Assembly (NCBI GenBank): GCA_035221665.1
Contig: CM069143.1
Span: 46,748,001-46,812,000 of the forward strand
Source of the DNA: Okamejei kenojei
Taxonomy: Eukaryota
DNA length: 64,000 bases
Direction of reading: 5' to 3'
The first letter of the stretch is position 1. The number at the start of each line of letters is the position of its first letter. Positions 22,519 to 37,199 of the stretch are shown here, one piece after another. Below the pieces are notes generated by a model, which saw only the letters and a program-made list of their open reading frames with translations, was not told the origin of the DNA and ran no database searches. Both the position numbers and the translations under genes were made by a program.

Positions 22519-25399
22519 ACTACAGTTTTCTGGAGTGATGTTTCTAGTCTAACAAGAAATGCTAGATTGATTCTAAGGAATAGGATGCATCAAGCACACC
22601 AAGTCACGGTAGAGGAACACTTGGTAGATAATGGTCATAACATCACAAGATTTAGGTTAGCTCTAGAAAAAGAAAAGCACTATTTGGAGGAAGGACAGTT
22701 TCAAAAGGACAAGAGTGGATCTGACCCAGGCCAACTGGAACCAGTAATTGACCAGCAAAACAGTAGCAAAGAAATGGATTGCCTTGAAAGAAGGGTGTTC
22801 GTATACAATTGATACGTAGTCCTGCGAGGAGCAAAGGAACAACAAACAAATCCAGAGTTTGTTGGGTGATCAAAGAGATACAGAGGTAAATAAAGCAAAA
22901 CAAAAGCCTACTTATAACAAGTGTTAACTTTTAAATACCAGTGGCAACCAAACTAATTATAAAAGAATTGGAGTGGAAGTGAATGTTAACAGAGGCAAAG
23001 GATGCATATTAGAAAACATTAAAAGATTAGCTAAGACAAATGGGAACCCGAAGTGTTCTATTGGCTTACAAATAATAAAGTGTGCAATAATGACTAAATA
23101 TCAAACATGTATTTTCCATTTGATGTTTCCATTAAATGTACTTCCAAATTAGTAATGAAGGAGGACATAATTGAGACAGATAATTTACAATTTACAGCGT
23201 TAAGGCATTTGAAGAATTGGCTGAACATCCAAAGGCAAAGAAGTTTGTGTTCTTGAAGATAAATGTAAACAAGTAAAGGAGGTGATGCTTACAAGTTGTT
23301 ATTGAGCTCGGCAGCACACATGTCAAAAAGCTTCAAAGTTATTTATTGCAACAATCACAAGCCATTAAAAACAGGTTAAATGTTGTATGTACATTACTTT
23401 GAAAAATACATTTCACGATTTTAAAGAATCTACAATCAATTCTGATATTTATTGTAAAATACAGTTCTAATGTTTCCTCCATGCTTAAAGCTTGTAATCC
23501 AAGGAACCAAAGTTGAGACATCTGTACAAAGCAGCATAAAACATGGCGAGAATGGATGGGGAGAATGATGGAGAGAATTGCTGGGCCAGATATTGCAAAT
23601 AAACTGGATTGTTAATTTCTATTTATGCCTCAGGGCAGGTTTTACCCACGTTTCAGCAGCCACTCAGGAACCAGTTTTAAGCATTCCTCTACATAAAAGC
23701 TTTTCCTATATCTTCTATTGATTGCGATCATCATCTTTGCTCAGAAAACAGCATTAAATGTCAATAACCTGAACTTTGTTTTGGTTCCACTGTGTCCTTT
23801 GGTTTTACACTATTATGGTCTGGTTACCTGGTATGATAGATTATTCATTCATTGTATTACTAATTATTGTACTAATTAGTTTGTGTGTTATTACATTAAC
23901 AGGACTGTGAAGCTGTATCAAGTAAGAATTTCATTGCGCTGTGATCAATATATATATGACAATTAAACACACTTGACTCTCATCTCCAAGACCTTCACTT
24001 CCTTTGTAAAGTAGGAGAAATAGAATTGCAGCCTATCCAGTTTTTAAAAAATGTTCATCACTTCCATAGTGCTCCATTTCTCTTACTTATACTGAACTAA
24101 ATGCTTTCTCAAAAAAGCCTGTCACTTCCAAAGGTTATATGCAGCCACAGCAAAAATTAAGGAATATATATTTGATTCTCCTCTGCCAGATTTTGGAAGA
24201 ACTGTGCCCATGCACATCCAAAACATGTTTTCATTGCTTATTGGATGTAGTAATATCTGCAAGAGTCTTTGTATTCCAATGGCAGAACAATAGATCCTTA
24301 TTCATATGCAATGATCCCACAGTTAGCGAAGTAAAGACGATTGTTATATTATCAGTATTGTTAGTTATACTGGAGATATTATCATCTGCTCAGGTTAACC
24401 CTATTATTTCCCAATATAACATTTCTCAATCCTATCATCAGGCCTCATTTAAAATTGAAATTGTTTAACGGAACAGTAAAAAAAAAACATAATGTGCAAC
24501 AGTAATATGTTATTTTAAGACAAAACCTTGGAAGAATATCTCACTCTAAGCTGGGGAAAGAATTGTGTGAGTTTGGAAGTTCTATGTTAATGTAAAGCTT
24601 AAGAAAACAGTGCAGTTTTCTGGCCTCTTTCAAGCTTTACGCACAGGATATTTCAGCTGCCCAACTCAAACTATTTCCTGCAATTCTCCTATCCATAAAA
24701 AGAAGAAACACATTGTTTTTTTTGTGATCAATGTTGAAATAGCAGCATAACAAGAATTCTTAAACTCCCTCAGGGAGTGTGCACGAAAACATTTGCCCTG
24801 CAGTTTACATTTGGGACAGATTGCACTGATTTAATCAGTGTTATTTGTCGATCGTTTAACTGTTATGAAGAACAAAAAATGACATCGTATTTTCCCCGCT
24901 ATTCCCAAGAACATCCAATCTTACTTTTCCTTGGTAATTTTCTCATTGCCTGTAAGGTTTCAACTCCATTCTGACTTATGGCACCAACTTGTTGTTCATC
25001 GAGACAAAAAGAGCTTCTTCCATTTAGCCTTTCAGGACCCTTTCATAGGTAACTGGGACAGGAGGTGGGAATTAAGTTGGGAGAGAGGATGAATAGGCCA
25101 AGATTTTAACTACTCAAGCTACAATGTGGCACTATCCTTTTTATGGTGCATTGGGGTCACTAAATCAAGAGAATCAACTGGACTCAGTTTGGGGCTGTCA
25201 GCATTCACAGGCCCAAGGCCAAGTTAAAGCAGCTTCAGGAGTACAGGAATGATAAAAATAGATACAAAATCATTTGACGCAAAATTATTAATCATGTTTC
25301 CCACTATTTCTCCCACCACCCCAGTTATTCTGATGCTTTCCTCTCCTCAGTGTGTTCACCTCCAATCTCTGAATACCTTTTTTGCTTTTTATTCCCCCC

Positions 25400-25700
25400 C
25401 CCCCCCCCCTTGTTCCCTGCCCCAATCCCATTCCACCCATATCCCTCTATCTGGCTTTACATTTTATTCCTCTTCTCTTCTTAGCCAACATTCCTTTGCC
25501 TCCTTTTCAATTCTAGACTTTGTCACATTCCATCCATCCGTCAACCACCCCCTCACCTTTATCCTTGCCAGGTTTTGCCTCAGCCCCCCCTCTCTTCTCC
25601 ACCCAACTCCACCAGTCTGAAGGGGAGGCTGACCCACTGAGAACCCCTAGCAATTCCTTTTTTTGCTCAAGACCCCAGCATTTCTAGTTTCTTGTGTCTC
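25400..25700 (+). mobile_element. Degraded Penelope-like 3' region / pseudo-LTR
   Basis: Pyrimidine-rich stretch ending in ccagtctgaagg...gctgacccactgag...cagcatttctagtttcttgtgtctc, the same arm as the hammerhead elements. Confidence 0.5.
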
Positions 25701-27359
25701 CAATTAGTCACACTATTTGCGAACAGTTTATTGCCCAATTCTCTTTTACCGTAATGAAAAGTGAAAGAAAATGGCAAGTTAAAAAATCTCAGTCAGCAAT
25801 TTTCACAATAGATATTAAATCATGATAAGTTAGAAAATCAACCACAACTCCAGCAGATATCTCAAACATACCCAAAAATAAAAGTCACTAAATTGTGAAA
25901 ACAAGGAATTGGCCTGAGCAAAGAAAAATCACAAGATGGGGCCAGAGAAGATTCTGTCATTGGCTGCAGACAAATCTAAAAGATAGATTTTAAAATAGTA
26001 AAAACAACACAAGGGAATTGTAGACAGAGCCTGAAAAAAACCATTACATCAGTAATCTTGTTGAGCAGCAGAGTAGGTTCAATGGGCAGAATGGACTATT
26101 TCTACCCTTCCTCACATTTCTTACATACCGATGAAAAAAGAAATGTCAAGACCACCATTCAATGCCTAGTCTCAAAAGCCCTTGAGAAAGTAGTTATGGC
26201 CCATCATCTTCCACCTCTGCAGTCCTTGTGCTAAAGGTACAGAGCCATCACAAAGGGATTTGCAATATTTTCAACCAATGATTAAGGGAAAATTAAATTC
26301 CCAAGTCAGGGAGATGATTGATCTTGAGAACATAATGGTGGTTCTCCTAAACATCTGCTACCCTTATCCTGTTAGGCCATGGATTTGAAGACTCCCTTTG
26401 AAGCAGTTTTGATAAGTTGCTGTGCCTTTTTTTAAATGGCTGATACAAGTAGTGGCTAGAGTGGGCTGGTGGTAAAGGGAATGAATGGTTAAGGAAATGA
26501 AGGGGACACTGATCAAGTGAGCTATGATCTGATTATCATCAAGCTTTTTGTCTGTCGCTGGAGATGAATCCTCCAAGAAGAATGACTATTAGCTTGTTTC
26601 TTGCAAATTGTAAAGAGGCCCAGAGGGGTGAGGTGCCCGCTAACATTTCATTATTCTCAATATCAATGCCAGCAAAATAAACGGTCACGTGAGCCCAACT
26701 TGTGGCAATGCCAGATTTATTTTTTGAACAAGCAATTGGTGAAAGCATGAGGATATCTAGAGTGGCTGAAGTGTGTGCAATTACCTTGAGAAATTTTGAT
26801 CTTGACACTACTTGGTTTAGTTTCATGCGTTACATTCAGAATTTATGGCACAAAAAAACTATTTAACTCTGCAATGCCCAGGCTAACCAAAAATGTACTT
26901 TAAGTTAGTTCCACTTCTCTACCTCATGATCCACCCATCCGCACAGATCTATAATTATGAGCCTCGGGGTGCAAATGATCATCCAGATATTTTATAAATG
27001 CATTGTGGATTATGGGCTACCCTCCTCCCCCCCCCCACCCCCCCAAATCCCCCCCCCCCCCCCCCTTCGACCACTTCACACCCGCCCGCATTGACCATAG
27101 ACAAACTCCTGCTTAATAACGAGAGGTCTAGGCATTGCAATTAAAATCCTTATGGACCCAAAGAAAATAATTTCCAAACCTCTTCCCAAGCTGCTTCTGT
27201 AAAGACTCTATCCCGCTACTCCTAATCATCCTCCTCCATCTGCGCCTTAGAACATCAGGGTAAGGTTTTTCCATACCAGGTCATATCGGAGATGTCCTCA
27301 TTAATCTTAGGGAACGGGTTTTTTTTCTTTCCCCCCCCTCTTGTAGTTATAATTGAGGT

Positions 27360-27620
27360 TCTCACTAGGGTCTCCTGCTCGATATCCTGGGGCAGCATCC
27401 ACACGTTCTCTTGTCATCCCTCTTCCCCCGGCATTCATAACAAGACAGAGTCCCCCCCCTTGTCCTTCACCTTTGATTCCACCCCCGCATCCTAGTCCGA
27501 CGCAAACAGCATATAATCCTCCAACACATTTCAACCACCTAAGTCCAATGGGATCCCACTACATTCAGCCACATCTTCCCCATCTCCACCCCTTTCTTGC
27601 CTGCTCTTGTATTTAAAACC
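27360..27620 (+). mobile_element. Degraded Penelope-like ORF fragment
   Basis: Indel-ridden match to the recalled PLE linker KDRVPLVLTFHP....QHIILQHF.HL..DPTT.HIFP (aagacagagtccccccc.ttgtccttcacc...cagcatataatcctccaacacatttc...gatcccactac...cacatcttcccc). Confidence 0.55.
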
Positions 27621-28849
27621 CTTCTAAACCATTCTTGTCCCAATGGGGGGGGGGGGGGTGGGGGGGGGGGGGGGGGGGGGGGGGGGGTGGGGGTGGTGTT
27701 GCGGGGGGGGGGGTAAAGTGATGGATATTTGGGTACTTTATCCTTCTTTCTGTACATCTCAGTAGCTTCCCTCGCCTTGTTTGCCCTTTTCCAAATATAT
27801 AACCTAAAGCTTCTCTGACATGAATTTCATTTTCATTTTATTTGCAGCTAATCAGTCCAGTAATTGCAGTCCATTAATGTCTTCCCTACGCCTCCAATTT
27901 TCTTCTTCACTCCAAACCGGGCTAGTGACATTAATATCATCAGCAAACTCCTTCAACTGTGGTCCTGACATTGGAGTCAATCATATTCACACAGCACATA
28001 AACAGGCCCTTCAGTCCACCATATCCATGACGACCCTTTTGTCCATCCACACTAATCCCATAGCCTTCTTTGCCTATAAAATCATTGCCATAACACAAAA
28101 AACAATGGGCATGCTACTTACATCTAAGAGTTGCATTATACAGAGGTTTCAATTTACTTAAATTCCCATTAAGCATTATACTTTTCTTTCTGTTACTAAG
28201 CCAATTTTTAAATTGAAATTTGCTTTAAAAAACTTTCTTGATTAAACTGCCATGTGGGACATACCTTGCTAGAATATATAATCACAACAAATATTCCACG
28301 TCCTCATCAAACAGTAACATCCATCGACACTGCACAATACATAAAACACTTAATTTAGTTCAATCAGGTTCCTTTATCTTACATGAAGATAGCGCAGGCG
28401 TTAGATGATTAATACTTGATTTATTTTTGATTAACCCCTGAATTTCCTCAGCTTTATGCCCCATCCAAACCGCAATTTTTTTTATAATCAACAATTATGT
28501 GCTAGTTTAGAGATTGTTGCAGTTTAAAAAATTACAGATGTTGAAAAGATGACATTAAAATCTACTGTAAAGATTTCATTATTATTTTATAGGGCCCAGA
28601 CTGATACTTTTGTGGATTGAAATCTTTCACAACACGATGCCACAATAATCTCAAATAGCAGTACAATCAATCTACACCGACAACACAGAAATGATCATAT
28701 CCCATGTGTGGGGAAACAAGGTCTGTGTCTTTCTTGTGGCAGCTCCTGTGTACTTCAAACACTTTCTAACACAAGGCTAGAGACCACTGGTGGCAATGAT
28801 AATGAACGAATGTGTGACTTATTTGAATGATGTTCATTAGAGTGTAGCG

Positions 28850-29180
28850 AGTGCAGCATGGAAACGCCCCTTTGGTCCACGGGGTCTGTACAGACCATTA
28901 AACAACTATTTACCAAAATTCTCCATTAATTCCATTTTTTAAATTCTCCCCACATTTTCATCACCTTCTTCAGATCCTGCCACACATCTATAAATTTGGG
29001 GCAAGTTACAATAGCTGATTAACTTATCTACCTGCACAACTTTGGATGTGGAAGGTAAGTAGAACACCCAGTGGAAACCGCTGAGTCAAACAAAAACGTG
29101 CAAACTCCACACATACAGCACCTGAGATCACGACTAAATCGGGGACTCTGGCACTATGAGACAGTGGCTGGTCTAAACAT
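28850..29180 (-). mobile_element. Degraded V-SINE
   Basis: acgtgcaaactccacacatacagcacctgag...ggactctggcactatgagacag is the reverse complement of a V-SINE head. Tail remnant cagcatggaaacgcccctttggtccac. Confidence 0.55.
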
Positions 29181-32154
29181 TCCACCCTACAATCCTTGAT
29201 AAAGATGTGAAACTGCTGGAAAGCCAATACTGTTCTTAGGTGGTGAAATTCATTTTGAATATTTTCTAATACAGGCTTACAGTCTTCTGTAGGATACAGT
29301 TAGGAGTCAACTACATTATTATTGGACTGGCGTTGCAGATAGACCAGACAAGTATAGCAAGCTTTTTTCTCCAAAGAACACCGTTAATAAAAAGGTTTAA
29401 ACAAGGTTAATATATTTCATTATAATAATAGCATTGACCAACTATGATCAATTCTTATCAAAAGTATTTTTTGTATTTTTTGAGCAAGGAATTGTGGAGC
29501 AAAATAGAGCACAAAATACCGTTGTTGGATTGAAAGTTAAAACTAACACACACTTCATCTGTTAAAGAAATAGAACGTGCAAAAATCATAATCATTGGAA
29601 TGGATTACTCAATGTTGTGCTTTCAAGAGCACCTGACTATCCAGAATGTATAACTTTTTCTAATACATTGACTCTATTTTACCTATGATTCTTGACTAGT
29701 TCAGCACAGACAACGAGTTCAATGCTTTTCACAAACATAACTGTTCATGTTAACCGCTTATCCGAAAGAATGCTAAAATAATTAAAAGTTTTGGCATATC
29801 TGTACAATGAGAAATTATGCATAAAGTAATAGACCTCAGTGGTGTGCACATTTGTGAGTGATACCCTTAATTTATCACTTCAAATAACATCACCAGTGAT
29901 ACACTTGTTACCACAAGAACACTGCCTTAATGTAATCAGAAAAAGGCTCCCTCGGGCTACAACCCAAGGCTTGTAGTACAATGTGCACAATTATACATAT
30001 AGATGGTTAACAATGGCAGAAAAAGTGGTACAACCCAACCCTGCCAAACACACTGAAATACTTCAGGCATATAACTCATTAAACATGCGTTGTGTGGCTT
30101 TTCAAAGTGAGTAAAACATTTAGATTTAGATTTATCAATTTGAAAATATTAATCTTAAAACTTAATAGGAGCCACACAATCCAGATGGAAGTACAGTTGA
30201 TATTTTGTGTTGATACCTGGACTCGCAATTAGCACTAAAATTCTCTGGCGTTTTTGCTCTACTTACAGTGGCAATGCAGCAAATTTCCATTAAGATTCCA
30301 GCCTGTTCCTTGCTGTGTCACCCACTCACACGCCTCTTAAATCGTAGACACCATTATCTCTTGCACTTTTGCACTGAAACGTATTGAATTTCACACCCCG
30401 ACAATTATTGTATTATATTGATAGGATTTCAATGTAATACAAGAGGATGTGTGATCTGATGCCGAGAAATTCGGGTGATAGCTGTTCAATCACTCGTCAG
30501 ACAATAATAAAAACAGCAAAATAATGCAGCAACAACTGAACTGGATAACTGTGGTCTTTCAATTTGAACAACATAGGGCAGCAAACGGGAAACTTGCAGA
30601 ACAATCAACGTTTTTTTTGAAAGCTTGTTTCAGCCAATCATTGTGTATACAACAAAAGAGTTTCCCTCGCTGTTTTTAAATTGAGCCCATTTCACTCTTT
30701 CATCACACTTGCTTCCAAATCAGATAATGATCGTTTTAGAGCCCCCTTTTTTTTTTTTATTTTTAGTAAATTTCTGATTGTAATACAGGAACGGCCGGCT
30801 AGTAAAAAGCAAGGAAACAATGGGGGGGGGGGGGGGGGATCCGGCCAAAGATTTTTTCTTAAAGCGTGAAAAGGTTTTTATAAATTAGCATACCCCTTCC
30901 TGTCGGGCGCCCACAGTAAAGAATGTAAGGAAATGAAGAGGGCATGCTGTCAATCTCAAGTCGGAAAAGGAGACTTGAGGCTTGAGTTTCAATTAGGCTG
31001 TGGCCTTAACCATGGCCAGTGTCAGTCCTGGTCTGGATCTTAACGAAAGGAACATTTAAAATATAACTACAATATGATGCACATAAAATTCATGTTGGGA
31101 GGGAGGGGGGGGTGTCTGCTGCCTGAACTGTAGTGTGTGTGGACACACACTTGCTAAATACTAGCATCTAATGTCTGATTTACACACATGTTAACACAGA
31201 CACTAATAGTTAGTGCACAGCGCATTATGGATCCAACGTGTGTGTGGGTCCAGATGCAAGCATACGTAGTGAATGCTGTGGGGGGGGGCAATAAAATTAC
31301 TTTTCAAAAATACAGACAACTCAGCTCGCACTATACCTCAATACATCAACTTTAAATCCATAACCATCATTAAGTAACATCTAAATATGAGGGGACTCCT
31401 TGCAGGCTAGTAGGATGAGTGCGAGTGCGGTGCTTGAGAATCCATTACCACTGGTGTTGCAGCTTAGGGCAGGCAGGGGGTAGTGTGCCATATCAGGAGA
31501 AAGGGTTCTAGAGGAGCGCGACGTGAGAACTGTATTAGTCCGTAGATGACAATGCGGGCAGCGCGCATTCTATTATTTGAGTAGGAACGTAGGGAAGTCG
31601 TTCTGAAGCTAGACAGGGGCACTGGTTGGGCCGAGCTTTATACCTTATACAATTCATGAGTCTATTCATCATCTTACCTCAAAATGTTTATAGAAAAAAA
31701 AATAAAAGACAGGCAACCATCCAGATGGAAGCAGAACCCTTAATATAAGATAACTTTTAAACAGAAAAAAATAATAGAATGTGAAGTAAATAAGAACATT
31801 TTGGTATGTTTCATTACATGTCTTTAGATCAACTGTAAAATACAAAATGGTACTGAACGATGAACTCTCAAGTAGTTTAACCCTTTGTGGTCTATACTTC
31901 ATGTGTAAACCCAGCATCTGCAGTACTTTCGCTACACAAGTTAAGTCATAAATCTATTAGCTGCCCTTTATTCTTAAGTGCAAGAGCCGCTTGACGCAGA
32001 AAAGATTGTTTAAAATTAGCCTAAAGTATCATTCCTATGTCATGTCTGTGGCCTTTAGATGAGAATCAATATAAATATGTTCAATTTTTCTTCAAAAAGC
32101 ATTGATTCAATTTTTTTAATGTTTACACTAAGCAAGTACATGACATTAAATAAA

Positions 32155-32400
32155 CTTGGTGCAGTAGTAGTTCTCGCTGTGACGCGGGCAAGCTTCGCTC
32201 TTGGTGCTTTCCTAGGTATCCTCCCTACGTTCCGGCAAAGACGTGCGGTTTGTGGTATGGTTTACTGGCCCCTTAGTTGTGGGGGGGCAGGATGCAAAAG
32301 TGGGGCAGCATGGGAAATAGTGTAGCAGGTGATAAATTGGCTGGCTGGAGTCAGTCGGGGCTGAGAGGGCCATTTTCCACAGTTTGTATCCCTATTAAAT
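32155..32400 (+). mobile_element. Highly degraded V-SINE
   Basis: gttctcgctgtgacgcggg...cctccctacgttccggcaaagacgtgcgg...gggctgagagggccattttccac. Confidence 0.4.
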
Positions 32401-33949
32401 TAAATTAAGAGTAGTATTATAACTAATAAAATAATCTGGTGAGCACAGATAGCTTTAAAGGAGCTGTGGAAAATGAGATAGTGTCTCAAGAACGCAGGTC
32501 TCGCAATGAGTTTCAAATTTGGTTGGAGCACACATCAATTGTGGGAATAGCAACCATTCAAACAAACTAGACTTGATCAATAGATGAAATTAAAATCAGG
32601 GCCGTAGGATGTGGCCAAGCAAAGCAGAATGAAAAACATCTGAGCTTCACAGATAAATAAAGCGCAGAAGAACAATCTGTCTGTTGTGTTTTTTGTTTTT
32701 TTTTCTTTCGCTAACGCCTGCACAGAGGCTCGACCAGAAAAGACAGGAAATTCAGATTTCCTCTTTTCTCCCGAAGAGTAATTGAAAATCAATACTCAAG
32801 CCCAAAATTAAATGAGAAATTCATACAAACCACGTGAGAATAACATTCTTGAATCTCTGTTCAATACAGGGGCTTTCCTCGATTACAAGGATCTTAGGGT
32901 CATGTTAATAGACCCAGCTGTTCGCAAAACCAAAAAAATCTAGTGTCTAAGTACTAAATCAGAGTCCAAATTCAATGGTCTACAGACAGTTAAACATATC
33001 CAATTAAGGAATAGAATTTGTGGGGCATAATTCCTTAATAAATGATTATATTGAGCATTTGGCTACAACCCCTTATTTCAGCTGGGTAATGATTGCCAAG
33101 CCAAAGCTCTGGTGATACAAGATCCACCGAACAGCCAAGAGAATAAAACAGCACAGGCCCTGTTGAATAATACGCTTTCATCTTGCCCCTGGAATGGCTG
33201 TGCGCCAAAATCAAGTTGTCTAGTCCTGACGAGCGAATAAATACTTGCTGCCTTCTCAGCGGCCATATCGACTCTCAATTTTTGGTTATTCAATAAACAG
33301 AAGTCCTTTACTCAGGCTGTATTCCTGCATTCTAGGCATTACTATGAATTCAGATTGATGTGACCTGGTTGCAATGAGTATAAAGAAGGCAAGTCCGAAT
33401 GCAGAACAAGATACAAGGTGAGGCAGGGCTAATGAATTACCACCTTTACAATCAAAGCAGTATTTGAACTGAGTGTTGAATTTAAGGTAATTTAAAACTG
33501 ATGGGCAAAGGGAAAAACACTTTGTTCTCGGCTAGTTGGAAATATACGGCCCTCACCAAAGAAAACGGGCGGTTGTTTATCATCTAAGTTAAAAAAAATA
33601 GCTCGTGAGACATCAGTGCACAGACTCCTCAATGCTGTTCCTAGCCGCAGGCCTTTCTTGAGCAAGGCATCAATGGTCACTCCAGCATAACAGAAGAGGA
33701 ATGTTCTCCTAATAGATTGCACAATATTCAATTTCATTTTGTCTCCTTTTGGTGCTAATGGAAGCAATCCCTTAATGCTTTTTTGTTTTGCTCACATTTA
33801 GATCATTTAGGCTGATAAATGCAAATAACATTCACATCACAGATATTCCCTAGCAATGATCCCATCTTCTACATTCAGTGTTATTAGTTACTGATTAGAC
33901 AACATAGATAAAAATTAGGTGGTAGAGAAACGAAAGAAAAAAAAGAGGA

Positions 33950-34700
33950 ACATAAGAATAGGTCATTTGGCGCCTTCGAATCGCCTCGTGGCACCGCCAT
34001 TCAATAAGATGCATAGCTGATCATCCAAACTTCCAGGTATCCCGTACCTGTTTCTCACCATTACCGCACCTGATCAACCCTTAGCCACAAGGGCCTACAT
34101 CGTAACTACCTCTTAAATAGTAGCCACATGAACTGGGCGCGTCAACTACATTCTGTGGCAGAGAATTCTGAGATTCCACCGCTCTGTGTGAAAAATGTTT
34201 TTCTCATCTCGGTCCTGAAAAGACTTCCCCTTATCCTTAAACTAGACCCCGTCGTTCTGTACTTTCCCGCAAGCATCGGTTGAAAGACAATCTTCCTGGC
34301 ATCTACCGGTCCAACCCCATAAAGAATAGTTGTAAGTTTCTATGAGAATGCGGGGGGGGGCCGCTCAAAGGGGGGGGTGGGGGGGGGGGGGCGCGGGGTA
34401 GGAAGGGGGGGGGGGGGGGGTCGTCGGAATCGGTAACGAGTACGGAAACCCGTGTCTACCAGATTCTTTTTTCTTTCTAGTTATGAACAGTCCTGACATA
34501 CCAGGAATCTTCCGAGGTGAACCTTCTCAGTAGCTCCCTCTATGGAAATCCCCCTCTTTTCCTCCAGGATTACGGAGACCACAACTGTAGCGGCAATACT
34601 CCAGTCTGGCCTCACCTAAACTCCCTACGAACGGCATTAAGAACCTCCCGCTCTTACACCTCAAGATCCATTTGCTATATGAATCTATCATACCTTAACC
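33950..34700 (-). mobile_element. CR1 3' portion in error-rich sequence
   Basis: Collinear with 47297-47704, but with dense 1-2 nt indels and inserted poly-G runs. Confidence 0.75.
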
Positions 34701-37199
34701 AGTCACCATGACCCCATGAATTTCGCGGGTGGCATTGGTGGAATTCATGTTGGTGATAAGTTGTTGCCTTGGCCAACGTGCTAGAGCGGACCCAGGTTGG
34801 CAGGAAAGAAGGGAAATAATAAATGGGAAATAAAAATCCAGATGGGGGGGGGGGGGGGGGGGGGGGGGGGTATATCTGACACCGGGTGGTTGGCTTAGGT
34901 ATGGAGGCTGTGTAGTGGTGGTGAGGATATGTTGGTTCGTGTGATCGTGCCGTCGTGTACTCTACTTGTGGGTGGATACTCTGCTTATGGGCGGCTGATG
35001 TGTGGATTGTTATATATCACGATGCGCTATGCAGCGTTGCTGACGACTTTACTGCCGCTAGGTGTGAGATCAGGGAGATATTGGTGAGAGCGTATGAGTG
35101 CTTAGAGGACACTGACCAGAATCTTTACTGAAAGCGCAAGAGTTTCACTATCACAGAGTGAGCATATTGCGCAAGTGGGTGAGAACTTGATATAGAGATT
35201 ACACACATCAGTGCAGATGGTGGGGATGGATCTGCACAATCTTGTATAGCGTGAGATAACTTGAACAGCAGTATGGGTTTTACACGTTTGTTTATGGATA
35301 ATGTTATATGTAACAATAATTATCTCTACATTGTCATCTCTTGCGGTCTCTTCTCTCTTATAATTTAACTAAAAGGCGAGATTTTGGTCCATCACTGTAT
35401 CTCTTACACTAAAAAACAAAATAAATTTATGGGCTTTACTGATCTGCCACATGATAACATTGTGATAAGAGCTAGATGCAAAGGCTGGTAGCGTTTTTGC
35501 AATCCCCAAGACGACTCAGCCCTTAAATACCAAAGCTTTGCCATGTATTGCCTCAAAGGCAATAAAATAATCAGGATGTACATGTGTACGACAGGTAGCA
35601 CCTAGAGAAAGGAACAGTGCGGCTAGAATATTGTCCAGAAATATCGACAAATAGAAAGTGTCAGATAAAAAGTGCAAGGGCCTACACAATGTAATTGGGA
35701 AATCTTTGCATTTGATGAGGGAGAATACAGAATCACTAGGGTATACAGAGTGGTCTTGATTATGTTGGCTGGTCTTTCGAAAAAGTGAAGTTTTGTGTGT
35801 GATGGAGTCAATGGGGGTGTGATGGAAAAGCCGGTTTGAGTGATAGTCTGAGTTCAATTTCTTGGCGAGTGTCTTGGGGTCAGAGGCAGATTGGCCACTA
35901 CTAAAAAAGTCTGTGATGCCTTTCCGCTGGTATATCTGTAGAAAATGGTGAAGAAATCATTGGCAGCATATTGGATTTCCTATATTGTCTATGTTATGAA
36001 GGTCATTAGAACATAGAACAGCACAGAATAGGCCACAGCAGGGCCCACCAATGGCTGTGCCGAACATGATGCCTAGTTAAACTAATTTCTGAGGTGCACA
36101 TGATCCATATCCGTGGCTTCATTCGCAGCATTAAAAATGTTATTAAATTTTGTTAATTGCTACTATCCGAATGAAAGCCAGTCAGCTATGTCCTTTCTTT
36201 TCTGTCAATGTTCTTACACTCGCATGCAGTCAGAGAAGTGATAACACAGGTACTATCAAATGAGGAAGGATTATCTCAGGAAGAAGGCTCAACAGAGATT
36301 GGATCTGCGGCTCATGGAAATTAGAAGAATGGGATATCAATCGTAATGAAACACAAGATTCCTTAGGATTTGTTTTTTCGCAGCCCATGAGAACCATATT
36401 CTCCCCAATGGGAGAGTATGGCTATTGTCTCTTGTGTTGTCATAGGAATTAGCTAAATGGCCATTCAAAGAGAGAAAAAATAATTTTTAAAGGGCTGAGA
36501 TCTTTGAATACCTTTCGCATAAAGCTGTGGAAGTTGAATCTTATAATTTATTCAACAACGATTAATATTATTATCAGGGATGGAATGCAATTGGGCAGGG
36601 CATTGGCATGGAAATGGCTTCAGTAAAGTTGATCAGCCTTGATTTTATTTAAGGGTAGAACAGGCTTGTAATTGTGGAATTGACCTAGCTCCCTGTTCAA
36701 ATTTCTTATGAACTTCAATTTTTTTTTTCAGAGATTTTTTTAAAACTTATACAATGGCAATGCCATATGGCAAACTAATCTGATTATCGACGACAAGCCA
36801 CGGATAGTGGGGATTTTGTAAAGTAATACATTAAAATAAAACATTGAACATGAAGTGAATTTAGGCAATCCATTGCGTAACATAGTAGCCTTTTACCACA
36901 GAAAAAAAAAAATTGTAGGAAGTTAACGAGTGATGGTAAACGCAATAACGAATCTTGCAATTCTTAAAACGATGTTGTTTTCTACATACAAAATGGCAGG
37001 AGTCCAGTGCTGGAGGTTGCAGTCTCTTCAATCAAATCGGTGCCGACATAATTCAATTCAATTGAAAATCTTTGATTGTCATGTCGTGCATATGTACATA
37101 TACAGTAGACAACGATAATGCATTGGGTATCTTCCAAGGGCGAACGTACGAATAAACAAGTAATACAATATCATATGCAGTGGTGATCGCAGTGCATAT

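Noticed and set aside
27644-27713. Polyproline ORFs or G-quadruplexes from poly-G runs (also 3446-3477 and 34350-34420)
   Set aside because: Low-complexity homopolymers, possibly sequencing artefacts. No coding support.
29200-33900. Repeat-poor stretch as a possible enhancer or alternative promoter
   Set aside because: No diagnostic signal from sequence alone. It needs conservation or chromatin data.
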